Source: Nitrospirota bacterium (GTDB lineage Bacteria; Nitrospirota; UBA9217). Taken from it: a stretch of 64,000 nt of DNA. This document shows positions 10,437-19,477 of the stretch, piece by piece. The stretch is from positions 448,001 to 512,000 of the forward strand of contig CAVVUN010000012.1 in NCBI GenBank assembly GCA_963751455.1, read 5' to 3'. Within the stretch, counting starts at the first letter, position 1, and each line of letters starts with the position of its first letter. Below the pieces are notes generated by a model. The model saw only the letters and a list, made by a program, of their open reading frames with translations, searched no databases and had not been told where the DNA came from. Position numbers and translations under genes: made by a program.

Positions 10437-11264
10437 TCAGGCCAATTTAACGGTCCCCTTGCACTGCGGATAGTCCGCGCAACCCCAGAATTGCGAGCCC
10501 GTATTGCTGCCCTTCTTCGCGATTCGCAGCACCATGAGGCCTTTGCAGATGGGGCAGACAGGCTTTCTTTGTTCCGTCCGATCCGTCTTATCCGACAGAT
10601 CTTTTCTTCGTTTCTCGATTCTCGCAGCTGCCAGTTGCTCGGAATAGCCGCCTTCCTCAACGAACCCCTTCTCCAAGGCGGCAATCTGCTGATCAAGCAG
10701 ATAGTTCGCCTGATGGATCAGGCAAATGATCGCGTTGGCTACGACTGCGGGGTCTTTGTGACTAACCCATGCGGCGTAAGCCGCATGTCCCGTCTGATCG
10801 GTCCGATCGGACGGTTCTTTCCTCTTCTCTACTTCTCGTACTTCCCGCGCCTGCGGATCGTCCTTGCTCCATTGCCGGAGACCGCGCTGCCTCAGAAAAT
10901 CCTCAAAATCCAATAGCAGTTCATCCAGGCTGGCCCGCGCAACATTGATCAGCCGCAGCTCCGTCTGAGAAGAAGTCGCCGTTGCCCGGCTGCCTTCGGC
11001 GATATTCTGCCGCCCGCTTCGCGCGGCCTGGACCATCTGGTCGACAGTCCGCGAGCGCTTGTCCAGGAACCGGTCGCAGAAAGACACGGTCGCGTCGTAG
11101 ATCACCGTTGTGGTCTGAAAGGATCGCAGCTTCCGGTATCCGCCGCTCGGCCGCAATCTTTTCGGACGGGCGGCATTCTCCGACCGATCCTGCTGATTTG
11201 ACTGCTCAGTCCGAGGCCCGCCCTCCTTGGTATTCGGCCTTTCTTTGTTGTCGTGCTTGCTCAT
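10437..11264 (-). CDS. four-helix-bundle suffix domain protein with C-terminal topoisomerase-type C4 zinc ribbon
   Basis: GGYRKLRSFQ, DQMVQAARSGRQNIAEGS, ARASLDELLLDFEDFLRQ, CPICKGLMVLR...FWGCADYPQCKG. Confidence 0.88.
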   Translation of the reverse strand: MSKHDNKERPNTKEGGPRTEQSNQQDRSENAARPKRLRPSGGYRKLRSFQTTTVIYDATVSFCDRFLDKRSRTVDQMVQAARSGRQNIAEGSRATATSSQTELRLINVARASLDELLLDFEDFLRQRGLRQWSKDDPQAREVREVEKRKEPSDRTDQTGHAAYAAWVSHKDPAVVANAIICLIHQANYLLDQQIAALEKGFVEEGGYSEQLAAARIEKRRKDLSDKTDRTEQRKPVCPICKGLMVLRIAKKGSNTGSQFWGCADYPQCKGTVKLA

Positions 11265-11505
11265 ACCAGCCTTACCTCCCTGTCAGGAGTTCCTTGCATC
11301 ATGCCCTGCTTCACGGCACGGGTCTTGTCACGCCGGGTTTCAAGCGCCGTGATCTCGGCATCCATGTCGGAGAGAACGGAACCGATGGCGGTTTGTTCGG
11401 CCTTGCCGGACGGGAATGCTATTTGAAGTGCTTTTAGAGCATCTTGATTGATATTTGTGTTTGCACTTACCGTGCTAGTCTCAATAAATCTGTTTCGGGA
11501 AGCCT
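11261..11505 (-). pseudogene. hsdS: type I RM specificity subunit HsdS, C-terminal fragment
   Basis: EQTAIGSVLSDMDAEITALETRRDKTRAVKQGMMQ, then LLTG-like end in a shifted frame. Confidence 0.85.
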
Positions 11506-11595
11506 GTCCTTGCACTGAGACGCATTTATACCTCCACGGAGTTGATCGCAGCTTGCCCAGAGGGAGCTATAAAGTTTACTTTTCTTTATTGCCAT
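11506..11595 (-). pseudogene. hsdM: type I RM methyltransferase HsdM, N-terminal fragment (frameshifted)
   Basis: With one frameshift reads MAIKKSKLYSSLWASCDQLRGGINASQCKD, matching the HsdM_N start MAIKKSELYSSLWASCDELRGGMDASQYKD. Confidence 0.8.
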
Positions 11596-11781
11596 TTGAT
11601 TATTATCCTATCTCCACATTCCCAATGGACCGGATACTTTCCCTTTGTTAACAATCCGAGGACCTTGCTTAATCCGTAGGTTAGGCAAGATGCTTGATCT
11701 TGCCTAAAGCTACTAAGAAATGACTGGCAGAAATGAACGAATAAACTAATGAAGGCGATGTGACTGTTTTTGCTGCGGGCA

Positions 11782-12147
11782 TCAAACGCCTTCCACCAAA
11801 AACCGGGAATCAAAATTCATCTTTTCTAAAAGCTTCTTCGCCTGTTTTATTTCAACCTTTTCGACAGCGCTGACATCGAGCTCATATGTTATCTTTGTAC
11901 TTTCTATCAGAATTTTCTCCTTTTCAAACCTGATGACTTTCAACAGAATCCGTTCTTCTTCCCCGTCCTCAAGCGATACCGAAACGCCTCTTTCAGATTC
12001 ATGAAGGAAAAGCTCAAATTTCGGCGTGCGAAGTAATATAAGGCTCTTAACGTAAATAGGATCTTGATCCTCAAGAGCGAATGAAACGATAAGATCGGGA
12101 TCATCGTCCTCGCAGGTAATAAATCGAACTTTTTCAGCTCTCTTCAT
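11782..12147 (-). CDS. hypothetical protein
   Basis: 121-aa ORF with GGGG RBS, acidic, AT-rich. Confidence 0.65.
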   Translation of the reverse strand: MKRAEKVRFITCEDDDPDLIVSFALEDQDPIYVKSLILLRTPKFELFLHESERGVSVSLEDGEEERILLKVIRFEKEKILIESTKITYELDVSAVEKVEIKQAKKLLEKMNFDSRFLVEGV

Positions 12148-12246
12148 GGTGTTATTATTCCCCTGAAAAATTCATCAGTCTTTATTGTGGTACTTCTTTT
12201 CGAAAAACTATCTCCTAAAACTACCCTTAGCTCGCCTTCTTCAACC

Positions 12247-12325
12247 CGCGTCATGCCCATCGGCTCCAGAAACGCCTTGAGCAGTATCTCGCCGGATGCG
12301 TGGGCGGCCTTTATTTCGGCAACAT
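12247..12325 (-). pseudogene. HigA/VapI antitoxin N-terminal relic
   Basis: With a stop and frameshift reads MLPK..RPPTH(P)GEILLKAFLEPMGMT, the typical HigA HPGEIL motif. Confidence 0.6.
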
Positions 12326-12353
12326 TTACATCTCTCCAGTTCGAGACCCAGGC

Positions 12354-12650
12354 TTACGCAGTCTTCTTTGCCTTCAGCGTGATGATAAGCTCTGCGTCCA
12401 AGACCTTCGCGATCTTTTTGAGCGTCGTAATGCGTGGCAAACCGTGGGTCAGTCCTTCTATCCGCGCAATCGTGGATTGCGGCATGCCGGTTTTCTTCGC
12501 CACCTCAACCTGTGTCATCTTCTTTTTGAGCCGCTGCTCGAGTATGCTCCGCGCAAGCTCGTATTCCGGCCCCATTTTTTCATGTTCACCCCGAACAGCC
12601 TTATCTTTCAGTAGTTCTTTTCTGTGTTTCCGATAATCCATTCGCCTCAT
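12354..12650 (-). CDS. XRE-family HTH protein (antitoxin-like, no cognate toxin upstream)
   Basis: MTQVEVAKKTGMPQSTIARIEG...PRITTLKKIAKVL. Confidence 0.85.
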   Translation of the reverse strand: MRRMDYRKHRKELLKDKAVRGEHEKMGPEYELARSILEQRLKKKMTQVEVAKKTGMPQSTIARIEGLTHGLPRITTLKKIAKVLDAELIITLKAKKTA

Positions 12651-12668
12651 CCTTTACTAGAATAATTA

Positions 12669-12686
12669 TATAGCAATATTGCTATA
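12669..12686. promoter_or_regulatory. 18-bp perfect palindrome, candidate autoregulatory operator of the XRE gene
   Basis: TATAGCAATATTGCTATA just upstream of the ORF start. Confidence 0.55.
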
Positions 12687-12766
12687 ATTGCAAAAAAATA
12701 AATGCCCCTCGTGGAGGCTCTATGTATTGCTTTATTTGATAGCTATTCTACAAATATTAACATGCT

Positions 12767-13123
12767 TCACTCTACAATCACATTCACCCGCTGCACGCTG
12801 TTATTGCCGAAGCCTCCGAAATTCCATTCCTGGTCCAGCGGCTGTACATTCCCTTCGGAATCGGTTGCGCGTACACAGAGCACATACCTGCCTGGAGTCG
12901 CGTTCCAGAGAAAATGCCATCCCCTCCCAGGCATACGGAGAGAGCGGTTCCTCCAGCTGGGCGTCCGCCCACGTGGCTCCGTTGTCAACGTTTACTTCCA
13001 CTCGAGACACTTCACGACGGCCCGCCCATGCTCTGCCGGAAAGTGTGACAGGCCCTGACCGAGCCAACCGAGTCCGGGTCAAAAAATCAGGAATCCCGGG
13101 AGGAATCATCAAAGCCCTCACCC
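12767..13123 (-). pseudogene. sulfite-oxidase-family gene, orphan 3' fragment (frameshifted)
   Basis: VRALMIPPGIPDFLTRTR...YVLCVRATDSEGNVQPLDQEWNFGGFGNNSVQRVNVIVE*; homologous to 15242-15569. Confidence 0.85.
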
Positions 13124-13216
13124 TAATTCAGCTCATCGTGAAACAGCTTCATCACGCACTGCTGGTTTTTCCTTTTTGTCTACACCGGATGATTTCATAA
13201 ATTGGCTGAACCGCTA

Positions 13217-14341
13217 TTACTTGAACAGCTTTAAATATGCATCGAAAATGTATTGCTTTCCGCGTTTTCCGCCGGTTACTTCTTTCAGGATTCCGAACTT
13301 CTCCAGATCAACGATCAACTTGTACGCGGATGCTGGAGATATTCCCGCCACTTCCCCTACTTTTGCGGCATCGATCATCGGCCGTTGATACAGATAATGC
13401 ACGACCTTTTGAGCATTAGCTGTTCTGCTGCCAAGCGTCTGGACCCTGGTTTCCGCCTTTTTTTGCAGTTTGAGGATGTTATCGAACGTGGCGATGCTGT
13501 TCTTTGCGGTTTCTATTATCCCGACCAGGAAAAACTTGAACCACTGCAGTAAGTCGTTCTTCTCCCGCACTCGCATCAGGTTATCGTAATAGTGGGTGCG
13601 GTTACGCTCAAAGAAGTCCGATAAATACAGCACAGGCCGCTTCAATATTCCTCTGCCGACAAGGTAAAGGGTTATCAATAGTCTGCCCACCCTGCCGTTG
13701 CCGTCAAGAAACGGGTGAATGGTTTCAAATTGATAATGGACGAGAGCTATCTTCAGCAATTCCGGAAAATGCTTCGTGTCATCGTGCACAAACTTTTCGA
13801 GATCAGCGATCAGCTCGGCGACCGAAGTGTGCACCGGAGGCACAAAAACAGCGTCGTTGATCGTTGCTCCGCCGATCCAGTTTTGACTTTGCCTGAACTC
13901 CCCCGGCTGCTTGTGCTTGCCCCGCACTCCTTGCAGCAGGGTTTTGTGAGTATCCCGTATCAGGCGCGCGGAAAAGGGCAATTTCTTCAATTTTGCGATC
14001 GCTTCGTTCATGGCCTTCACATAATTTTGCACCTCTTCCCAGTCATCCCTTTTGTCGAGCGCAACATCTTCTTTTTCAAGCAGCGCCTCTTCTATGTTGG
14101 TCTGCGTACCTTCGATCTTGCTCGATTGAGTGGCCTCCTTCAGCACATGCATCCTGATGAAGAGATCGACATTAGGGATGTACTCGGAATACATATCCAG
14201 CCGGCCCAGTTCCCGGTCAGCCTGGCCAAGTAGCTGAATTAATTCCATACTGTCAAGAGCCCAGGCCTGGTTGATCGGGTTTGGCTGAAAGCTTTTGTAA
14301 TGGCCTTGCTGAACAAATCGGCCAGATTTGAAGTTCTTCAT
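13217..14341 (-). CDS. Fic family protein (N-terminal DUF4172-like region, C-terminal HTH)
   Basis: HYQFETIHPFLDGNGRVGR Fic motif; SSKIEGT inhibitory helix. Confidence 0.93.
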   Translation of the reverse strand: MKNFKSGRFVQQGHYKSFQPNPINQAWALDSMELIQLLGQADRELGRLDMYSEYIPNVDLFIRMHVLKEATQSSKIEGTQTNIEEALLEKEDVALDKRDDWEEVQNYVKAMNEAIAKLKKLPFSARLIRDTHKTLLQGVRGKHKQPGEFRQSQNWIGGATINDAVFVPPVHTSVAELIADLEKFVHDDTKHFPELLKIALVHYQFETIHPFLDGNGRVGRLLITLYLVGRGILKRPVLYLSDFFERNRTHYYDNLMRVREKNDLLQWFKFFLVGIIETAKNSIATFDNILKLQKKAETRVQTLGSRTANAQKVVHYLYQRPMIDAAKVGEVAGISPASAYKLIVDLEKFGILKEVTGGKRGKQYIFDAYLKLFK

Positions 14342-14442
14342 TAACAGCCTCTTTTTACGTTAAAATAAGCATGCTTGTTATTTTAGATTTTACACCAAAT
14401 CTAAAATAAGGCAACATATTATTTCAGTCCCTCAAACACCCG

Positions 14443-14534
14443 TCATATCAGCCTTATACTCCCTGTCAGGAGGCCTCATGCCCTGCTTCACGGCACGGGT
14501 CTTTTCACGCCGGATTTCAAGCGCCGCGATCTCG
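14443..14534 (-). pseudogene. hsdS: second HsdS C-terminal fragment
   Basis: EIAALEIRREKTRAVKQGM..LLTGSIRLI*; nucleotide match to 11262-11356. Confidence 0.8.
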
Positions 14535-14668
14535 ACCGGCACCATTTAAAAAAGATCGGTTTTTCCCCCCATATCTTTTTTGCTTTGGTACCCCCTCACC
14601 CGGTCCCTCTCCCAAAGTGGGCGAGGGGCTGGTCCCTCGTGAAGCTAAGCGCGTGAGATCTGCTGACC
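14535..14668 (+). repeat. distal copy of the tRNA 3'-end repeat unit (attR-like)
   Basis: accggcaccatttaaaaaagatcgg...ccccctcacccggtccctctcccaaagtgggcgaggggct...cgtgaagctaagcgcgtgag; matches 9541-9637. Confidence 0.85.
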
Positions 14669-14670
14669 CT

Positions 14671-15012
14671 TTAAGGATTTACAAAGCATGCTTTATCTTT
14701 ATCTTCTCCGTCATAAGCCCATTTTACAATTGTACGTGTCGCCGGATCTACTTCAAAAATATATCGACATGTTCCACGAAAATTTTTATGTTCGTATTTG
14801 TACGCGATGTTCCCATTAGGCAATGGCGCTACAGATTTCGGCTGATAGCGCCAAGTATATGAGGGTGCATTATCAATGCTTTCTCCAATTTCATTTTGCA
14901 TATGCCCTTTAAAATTTTCATATGGGTCTAAATGGGCGCAACTGGTCAGAGAAGTAGAAAACAAGAATAATAAAATTAATCTGCATTTGAAATATTTAAT
15001 AATGAGAATCAT
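14671..15012 (-). CDS. putative small lipoprotein
   Basis: Hydrophobic stretch followed by LTSC lipobox; AT-rich. Confidence 0.65.
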   Translation of the reverse strand: MILIIKYFKCRLILLFLFSTSLTSCAHLDPYENFKGHMQNEIGESIDNAPSYTWRYQPKSVAPLPNGNIAYKYEHKNFRGTCRYIFEVDPATRTIVKWAYDGEDKDKACFVNP

Positions 15013-15165
15013 GTCATCTCGTAATCATCACGCATACCACAAAAATCGGTTTGCGCTCCGTGAGCCACCGAGCGAAGCGAGGACAACTCGACTGTTTGGC
15101 TAGTTTTCTGCTTTTGATGTTAGTATCTGAACATTGTATGAACGGGATCTGAAAACGAAGGATCT

Positions 15166-16326
15166 TTAACCGATCTGGCAGATACGGATGCGCATCCACA
15201 GAAAACGAAAGTAAAGCAGACTGCTGCCACCATTGGGCAAAACGCTTTTGTTGCCGAAACCTCCGAAATTCCATTCCTGGTCCAGCGGCTGTACATTCCC
15301 TTCGGAATCGGTTGCCCGCACACAAAGCACATAGGCGCCTGGAGCAGCATTCCAGAGAAAATGCCACCCTCTCCAGGCATACGGCGAGAGAGATTCTTCC
15401 AGTCGGGCATCCGACCATGTTAAGCCATTGTCCGCGCTCACCTCGACACGCGATACGCTTCGCCTGCCTGCCCATGCCTTGCCAATAAGTGTGACTGGAC
15501 CTGCCTGTACTAACCGCGTCCGGGTCAAAAAATCGGGAACTCCGGGAGGGACCATCAAAGCCCTCACCCGGATCAAGTTAACAGGCTCTCCGGCATCTTC
15601 CGCCTACTTCGCATACCGGTAAGAATGTGCAGCCTGGTATCCTTGGAACGGTTCCGCAACAACGTCTATTCGGTGTAACCATTTCACACTCGCCATGCCA
15701 TACCAGCCCGGTACGAGCAGGCGCAGGGGATATCCATGCTGCGGTTGAAGCGCCTCGCCATTCATCTCGTAAGCCAGCATCATCTCATTCCTCATCGCTT
15801 CCTGCAGATTTAAGCTGCGCTGGTAATATTGAAGTTCGCCGCCTTGCATTCCGCTGTCAACACCGGTAAAGATGACCTCTCGAGCATCCTTGCCCAAGCC
15901 TGCTTCTCCAAGGATTCGGCGGAGTGAAGTGCCTGTCCATTTCGCTGTCCCGATCGCCTCAACAAGCCAGGGCTGGCTTACGGGACGAGGCGCAAAAAGG
16001 GCACGACCGTTTCCGGCACATTCCATTGTTACCGTGAGAGTTTGAGCTGATCTATTCCGGATTTCCTCCAAGGTCAGGGTCAAAGGTTTTGCCACAAGTC
16101 CTTTGACTTCCAACCGCCAGTCGTTGCTGTTTATTTCCGGGATGTCAAAGTGGACAAGAAGGTAGTGCATGCCTGTGGGTGTAATCGGGTACCGCAGCGC
16201 CTCCAGCGGCATACCCCTGTTACGGAGGGCGAGTTGAACTTCTTCTTTATGGAAACGGTTGGTCTGATCGAGCCCTGTACCGTCACCTACAATCGGCAGC
16301 TCTTTTAACGTTTTCTTTCGTTCCAT
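15166..16326 (-). pseudogene. sulfite oxidase-like molybdopterin oxidoreductase with in-frame TAG (15604-15606) and altered C-terminus
   Basis: TMECAGNGR Mo-ligand Cys, HGYPLRLLVPGWYGMASVKWL; YAK*AEDAGEPVNLIRVRALMVPPG continues in frame. Confidence 0.85.
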
Positions 16327-16403
16327 CCGTATGTTCCTTCGCAGCTGTAATGAGTGATGGAATCGAGATGGCTTGACCGGGGTTAGGAAAGAGCGCGTTG
16401 GGT

Positions 16404-16946
16404 CTACAGCATTTTTTGAATCTCATTCTTAAAAAACGCGAACGCCTCCTGATCGAAAATGCAGAATTCTATCAGTTCAAGGTGCTGCTGTTCGGGTCTG
16501 CCTTTGAGAAACGAACAGGTTTCATTGACCAGAATCTTTGCGCAGCGGTCCTTGGGAAACCCGAAAATACCCGCGCTGATCGCGGGCACTGATATGCTCT
16601 TAAGCCTTTCCTCAGCCGCTAAACTAAGTACGCTGTTTATCGCGCTCTTCAGCTTATTGTCCTCATCTCCCTCTCCCATCCTGGGGCCGACAGCGTGAAT
16701 GACGTACTGGGCCTTTAATTTTCCGCCAGTCGTTATTGCAGCTCCGCCCACGGGCACATAACCGATTTTATCGCTTTCGTCCTGGATGACAGTGCCGCCC
16801 TTTCTGACAATCGCTCCGGCTACGCCGCCCCCGTGCTGAAGCCGGCTGTTTGCGGCGTTCACAATGGCGTCCACGTCCCGCTCGGTCAGGTCAGCGGACA
16901 CGAGGCGTACAATCGTTTTACCGATTTTCTTTTCGACAACGTCCAC
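16404..16946 (-). CDS. macro domain protein (ADP-ribose binding / O-acetyl-ADP-ribose deacetylase-like)
   Basis: VDAIVNAANSRLQHGGGVAGAI, VIHAVGP, PAISAGIFGFP; GTG start with GGAGG. Confidence 0.92.
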   Translation of the reverse strand: MDVVEKKIGKTIVRLVSADLTERDVDAIVNAANSRLQHGGGVAGAIVRKGGTVIQDESDKIGYVPVGGAAITTGGKLKAQYVIHAVGPRMGEGDEDNKLKSAINSVLSLAAEERLKSISVPAISAGIFGFPKDRCAKILVNETCSFLKGRPEQQHLELIEFCIFDQEAFAFFKNEIQKML

Positions 16947-17110
16947 AAAACACCTCCGGTTTAACCACGGATGGACACAGATGGACACGGATGAGAATCA
17001 TTTTTTCCGTCATTGAGGCATGATGGGTGAATAGTTCGACAACTTTCCCTAAATTTACGGCTCAGGATCTCTCGCTTTATCCGTGTAATCCGTGACATCC
17101 GTGGCAAAGA

Positions 17111-18565
17111 TTATTTCCTGCTGCTGAAAATAGCCTTCTTTGCCGCCATTTCAACAACCGGCAGCGGGGGCACGGCTTTTATGCCGTAGATCTTCTCGAG
17201 ATTGATGTCAGCCGGAACTCCATGAAGAAGCTTCTGGGCTATTTTCTGGTCGGCCTGCCGGTACTGCAGGCGCGCTTCCACTGTTACCGTGCCCGTTTTT
17301 TTCGGCTGTGCAACGCCGAAGTACACATCCTTGTATCCGCGGGGCGGAATCGTCTCATGCCGGGAAAAGGAGGTTACGATCCAGGGATCGATTGCAAAAT
17401 GGAAATCATCCCCCATTCCGTCTGAATTGAAAAGACGCGTGTCCGGCAGCAGAGTGCCTGGCTTGTCCAGTCCCCCGCTCGTCATGACCACTGCACCCGA
17501 GGCGTCTTTGGCAGTCACTTCGAGCCACATCTCACGAACATTGGTCAGCGATGTCGGAAGATTATGTCCGGCCCGGACATTTTTTACCCTCACTTTGATT
17601 TCGGAAAGCACACCGTTCCTATAGACCGGAAATATCTCAAGTTCAGCGGCAGCCTTCAGGCGTGCGACAGCCATTTCGTATTTTTTATGAACGCTCGCAG
17701 CGAGTGCTTCATCCCCTGTCTTTCGCGCCGCGGCTTCGGCCAGATACAGCAGAAGGTAATTGGCACCGCTGAAAAAGTGACGGTATTCGGTGCGTTCAGG
17801 TTTTTTAAAGTTCGTGGACGAGCGCATAAAGGTTTCAATATCCACCATGTGACAGTCCTGGCACAGTATTCCTTTTTGCGCGTAGGGACCGTGCTTCCAT
17901 TCCAGATATGTGGCCTCGATCGGAAAGTGATTGTCGTAATGGTAGACCTGATGGCAGGAGGCGCAAAGATCCGCCCGGAGATGAAGGGGAGATTCGACGC
18001 ATTCATGGAAGCCCCCTCCGCAGCCTTCCGACGGCTTACTGGGACCGCGCTTGACCAGTTTTACGCCTTCCTTTGTAGCGATGCCGGGCGTAAGAATAAA
18101 CGACCCGTTTTCTGGTTCATGGGTCGGCGTCTCCCAGTGGGTTACACCGCTGATGGAGTGGCAGATATCGCACGAAACACCTGCGAGGGCCATGTCTCCC
18201 AGCCCTGTAATACCGGGGCCTTTGATTTCGCCCGTCACCATACCCGCAGGCGAATGGCAGCCTTCGCATTGCCGTGTCACCTCATGGCCGACGGCCTCGA
18301 AGCCTCTGTTCAGCTCTCCCTGGTAAACCGGGTCTTGAAATGCAAGCGCGTGAACAGAGCCTCTCCACTCTTCATACTGCTGCGGGTGGCACCCGGCGCA
18401 AACCTCGGGTGGATTGAACTTAGCGTCCGATTTGTTCCATTTTATCAGAGACGGATAGTACGGATAGAACTCGCGATCAACATCAAAATAGGGTGCAGCA
18501 GCGTAACCGGGTATGGAAAACACGGCGAACAGAACCGAAATACACAGCACTATACTTAATTTCAT
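17111..18565 (-). CDS. periplasmic pentaheme c-type cytochrome (c554-like N-domain)
   Basis: Signal peptide; CAGCH, CEGCH, CDICH, CASCH, CQDCH. Confidence 0.9.
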   Translation of the reverse strand: MKLSIVLCISVLFAVFSIPGYAAAPYFDVDREFYPYYPSLIKWNKSDAKFNPPEVCAGCHPQQYEEWRGSVHALAFQDPVYQGELNRGFEAVGHEVTRQCEGCHSPAGMVTGEIKGPGITGLGDMALAGVSCDICHSISGVTHWETPTHEPENGSFILTPGIATKEGVKLVKRGPSKPSEGCGGGFHECVESPLHLRADLCASCHQVYHYDNHFPIEATYLEWKHGPYAQKGILCQDCHMVDIETFMRSSTNFKKPERTEYRHFFSGANYLLLYLAEAAARKTGDEALAASVHKKYEMAVARLKAAAELEIFPVYRNGVLSEIKVRVKNVRAGHNLPTSLTNVREMWLEVTAKDASGAVVMTSGGLDKPGTLLPDTRLFNSDGMGDDFHFAIDPWIVTSFSRHETIPPRGYKDVYFGVAQPKKTGTVTVEARLQYRQADQKIAQKLLHGVPADINLEKIYGIKAVPPLPVVEMAAKKAIFSSRK

Positions 18566-18730
18566 GATGACGCCTCCTTTGGTGCCTCTTATTTCGAGGT
18601 CTATCCGTTCCTTCTGTTTAATTACGTATGGTAAAATTATAGCAAGATTATCAGGTAAAGCAATCCGGAGCGCCTCAAGATCTGGATTTTATTGAGAAGA
18701 ACCACAACTTGTGGTATACTCAGTTTCACT

Positions 18731-19477
18731 ATGGAAAAAGACGATCGTACCTCACTGATTCCCTCGGTGGAGAAAAAAATCACGCCGATGCTTGACGACC
18801 TTCTCCGTGAGCATAAATCGAACATTCATTCAATCCATATCGTGGGAAGCGCGGTGATCCCGGACTATAACGAGAAGCTGTCGGACATCAACTCGGTAAT
18901 CGTTCTGAACGATATGGACCTGAAGTTCATCGAGTTTCTCGCTCCCCTCGGCAGGAAGTACGGCAAAAAAGGAATTGCAGCGCCGCTTGTCATGACACCC
19001 GAGTACATCAAAAACTCGCTCGATGCCTTTCCGATCGAATTCCACGATTTTAAATTGATCCATAAGACCGTGTACGGCCCGGATATATTGCAGCAGATTG
19101 AGGTAGACAGGTCGTATTTAAGGCTTCAATGCGAGCGGGAGATCAAAAGCAGACTGATAGGACTGCGTCAGGGATACGTCTCATCCCTTGGAAAGAAGAA
19201 GGATCTGAAGGCGGTCCTTACCCGGTCATTTACCGGTTCAATGGCGCTCTTCAGGGCTATCATCGCCCTGCTGGGTAAGGTTCCTCCAGTATCCCGTGCG
19301 GAAGTCATTTCCGTTTTCACGTCCTCCACCTCAGTCCAGACCGGACCGTTTGATAAAATGCTGCAGCTCAAGGCGGGACGAATTAAACCTTCCGAACAGG
19401 AACTTCAGAGCCTGTTTGAAGACTATTATGCTACATTCGAGGCTACAGGAAAGATCATCGATGTACTCCCATCCTAA
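18731..19477 (+). CDS. nucleotidyltransferase-fold hypothetical protein (TPM/LemA cluster)
   Basis: IVGSAV...SDINSVIVL NTase-like motif; SLDAFPIEF; start uncertain. Confidence 0.7.
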   Translation: MEKDDRTSLIPSVEKKITPMLDDLLREHKSNIHSIHIVGSAVIPDYNEKLSDINSVIVLNDMDLKFIEFLAPLGRKYGKKGIAAPLVMTPEYIKNSLDAFPIEFHDFKLIHKTVYGPDILQQIEVDRSYLRLQCEREIKSRLIGLRQGYVSSLGKKKDLKAVLTRSFTGSMALFRAIIALLGKVPPVSRAEVISVFTSSTSVQTGPFDKMLQLKAGRIKPSEQELQSLFEDYYATFEATGKIIDVLPS

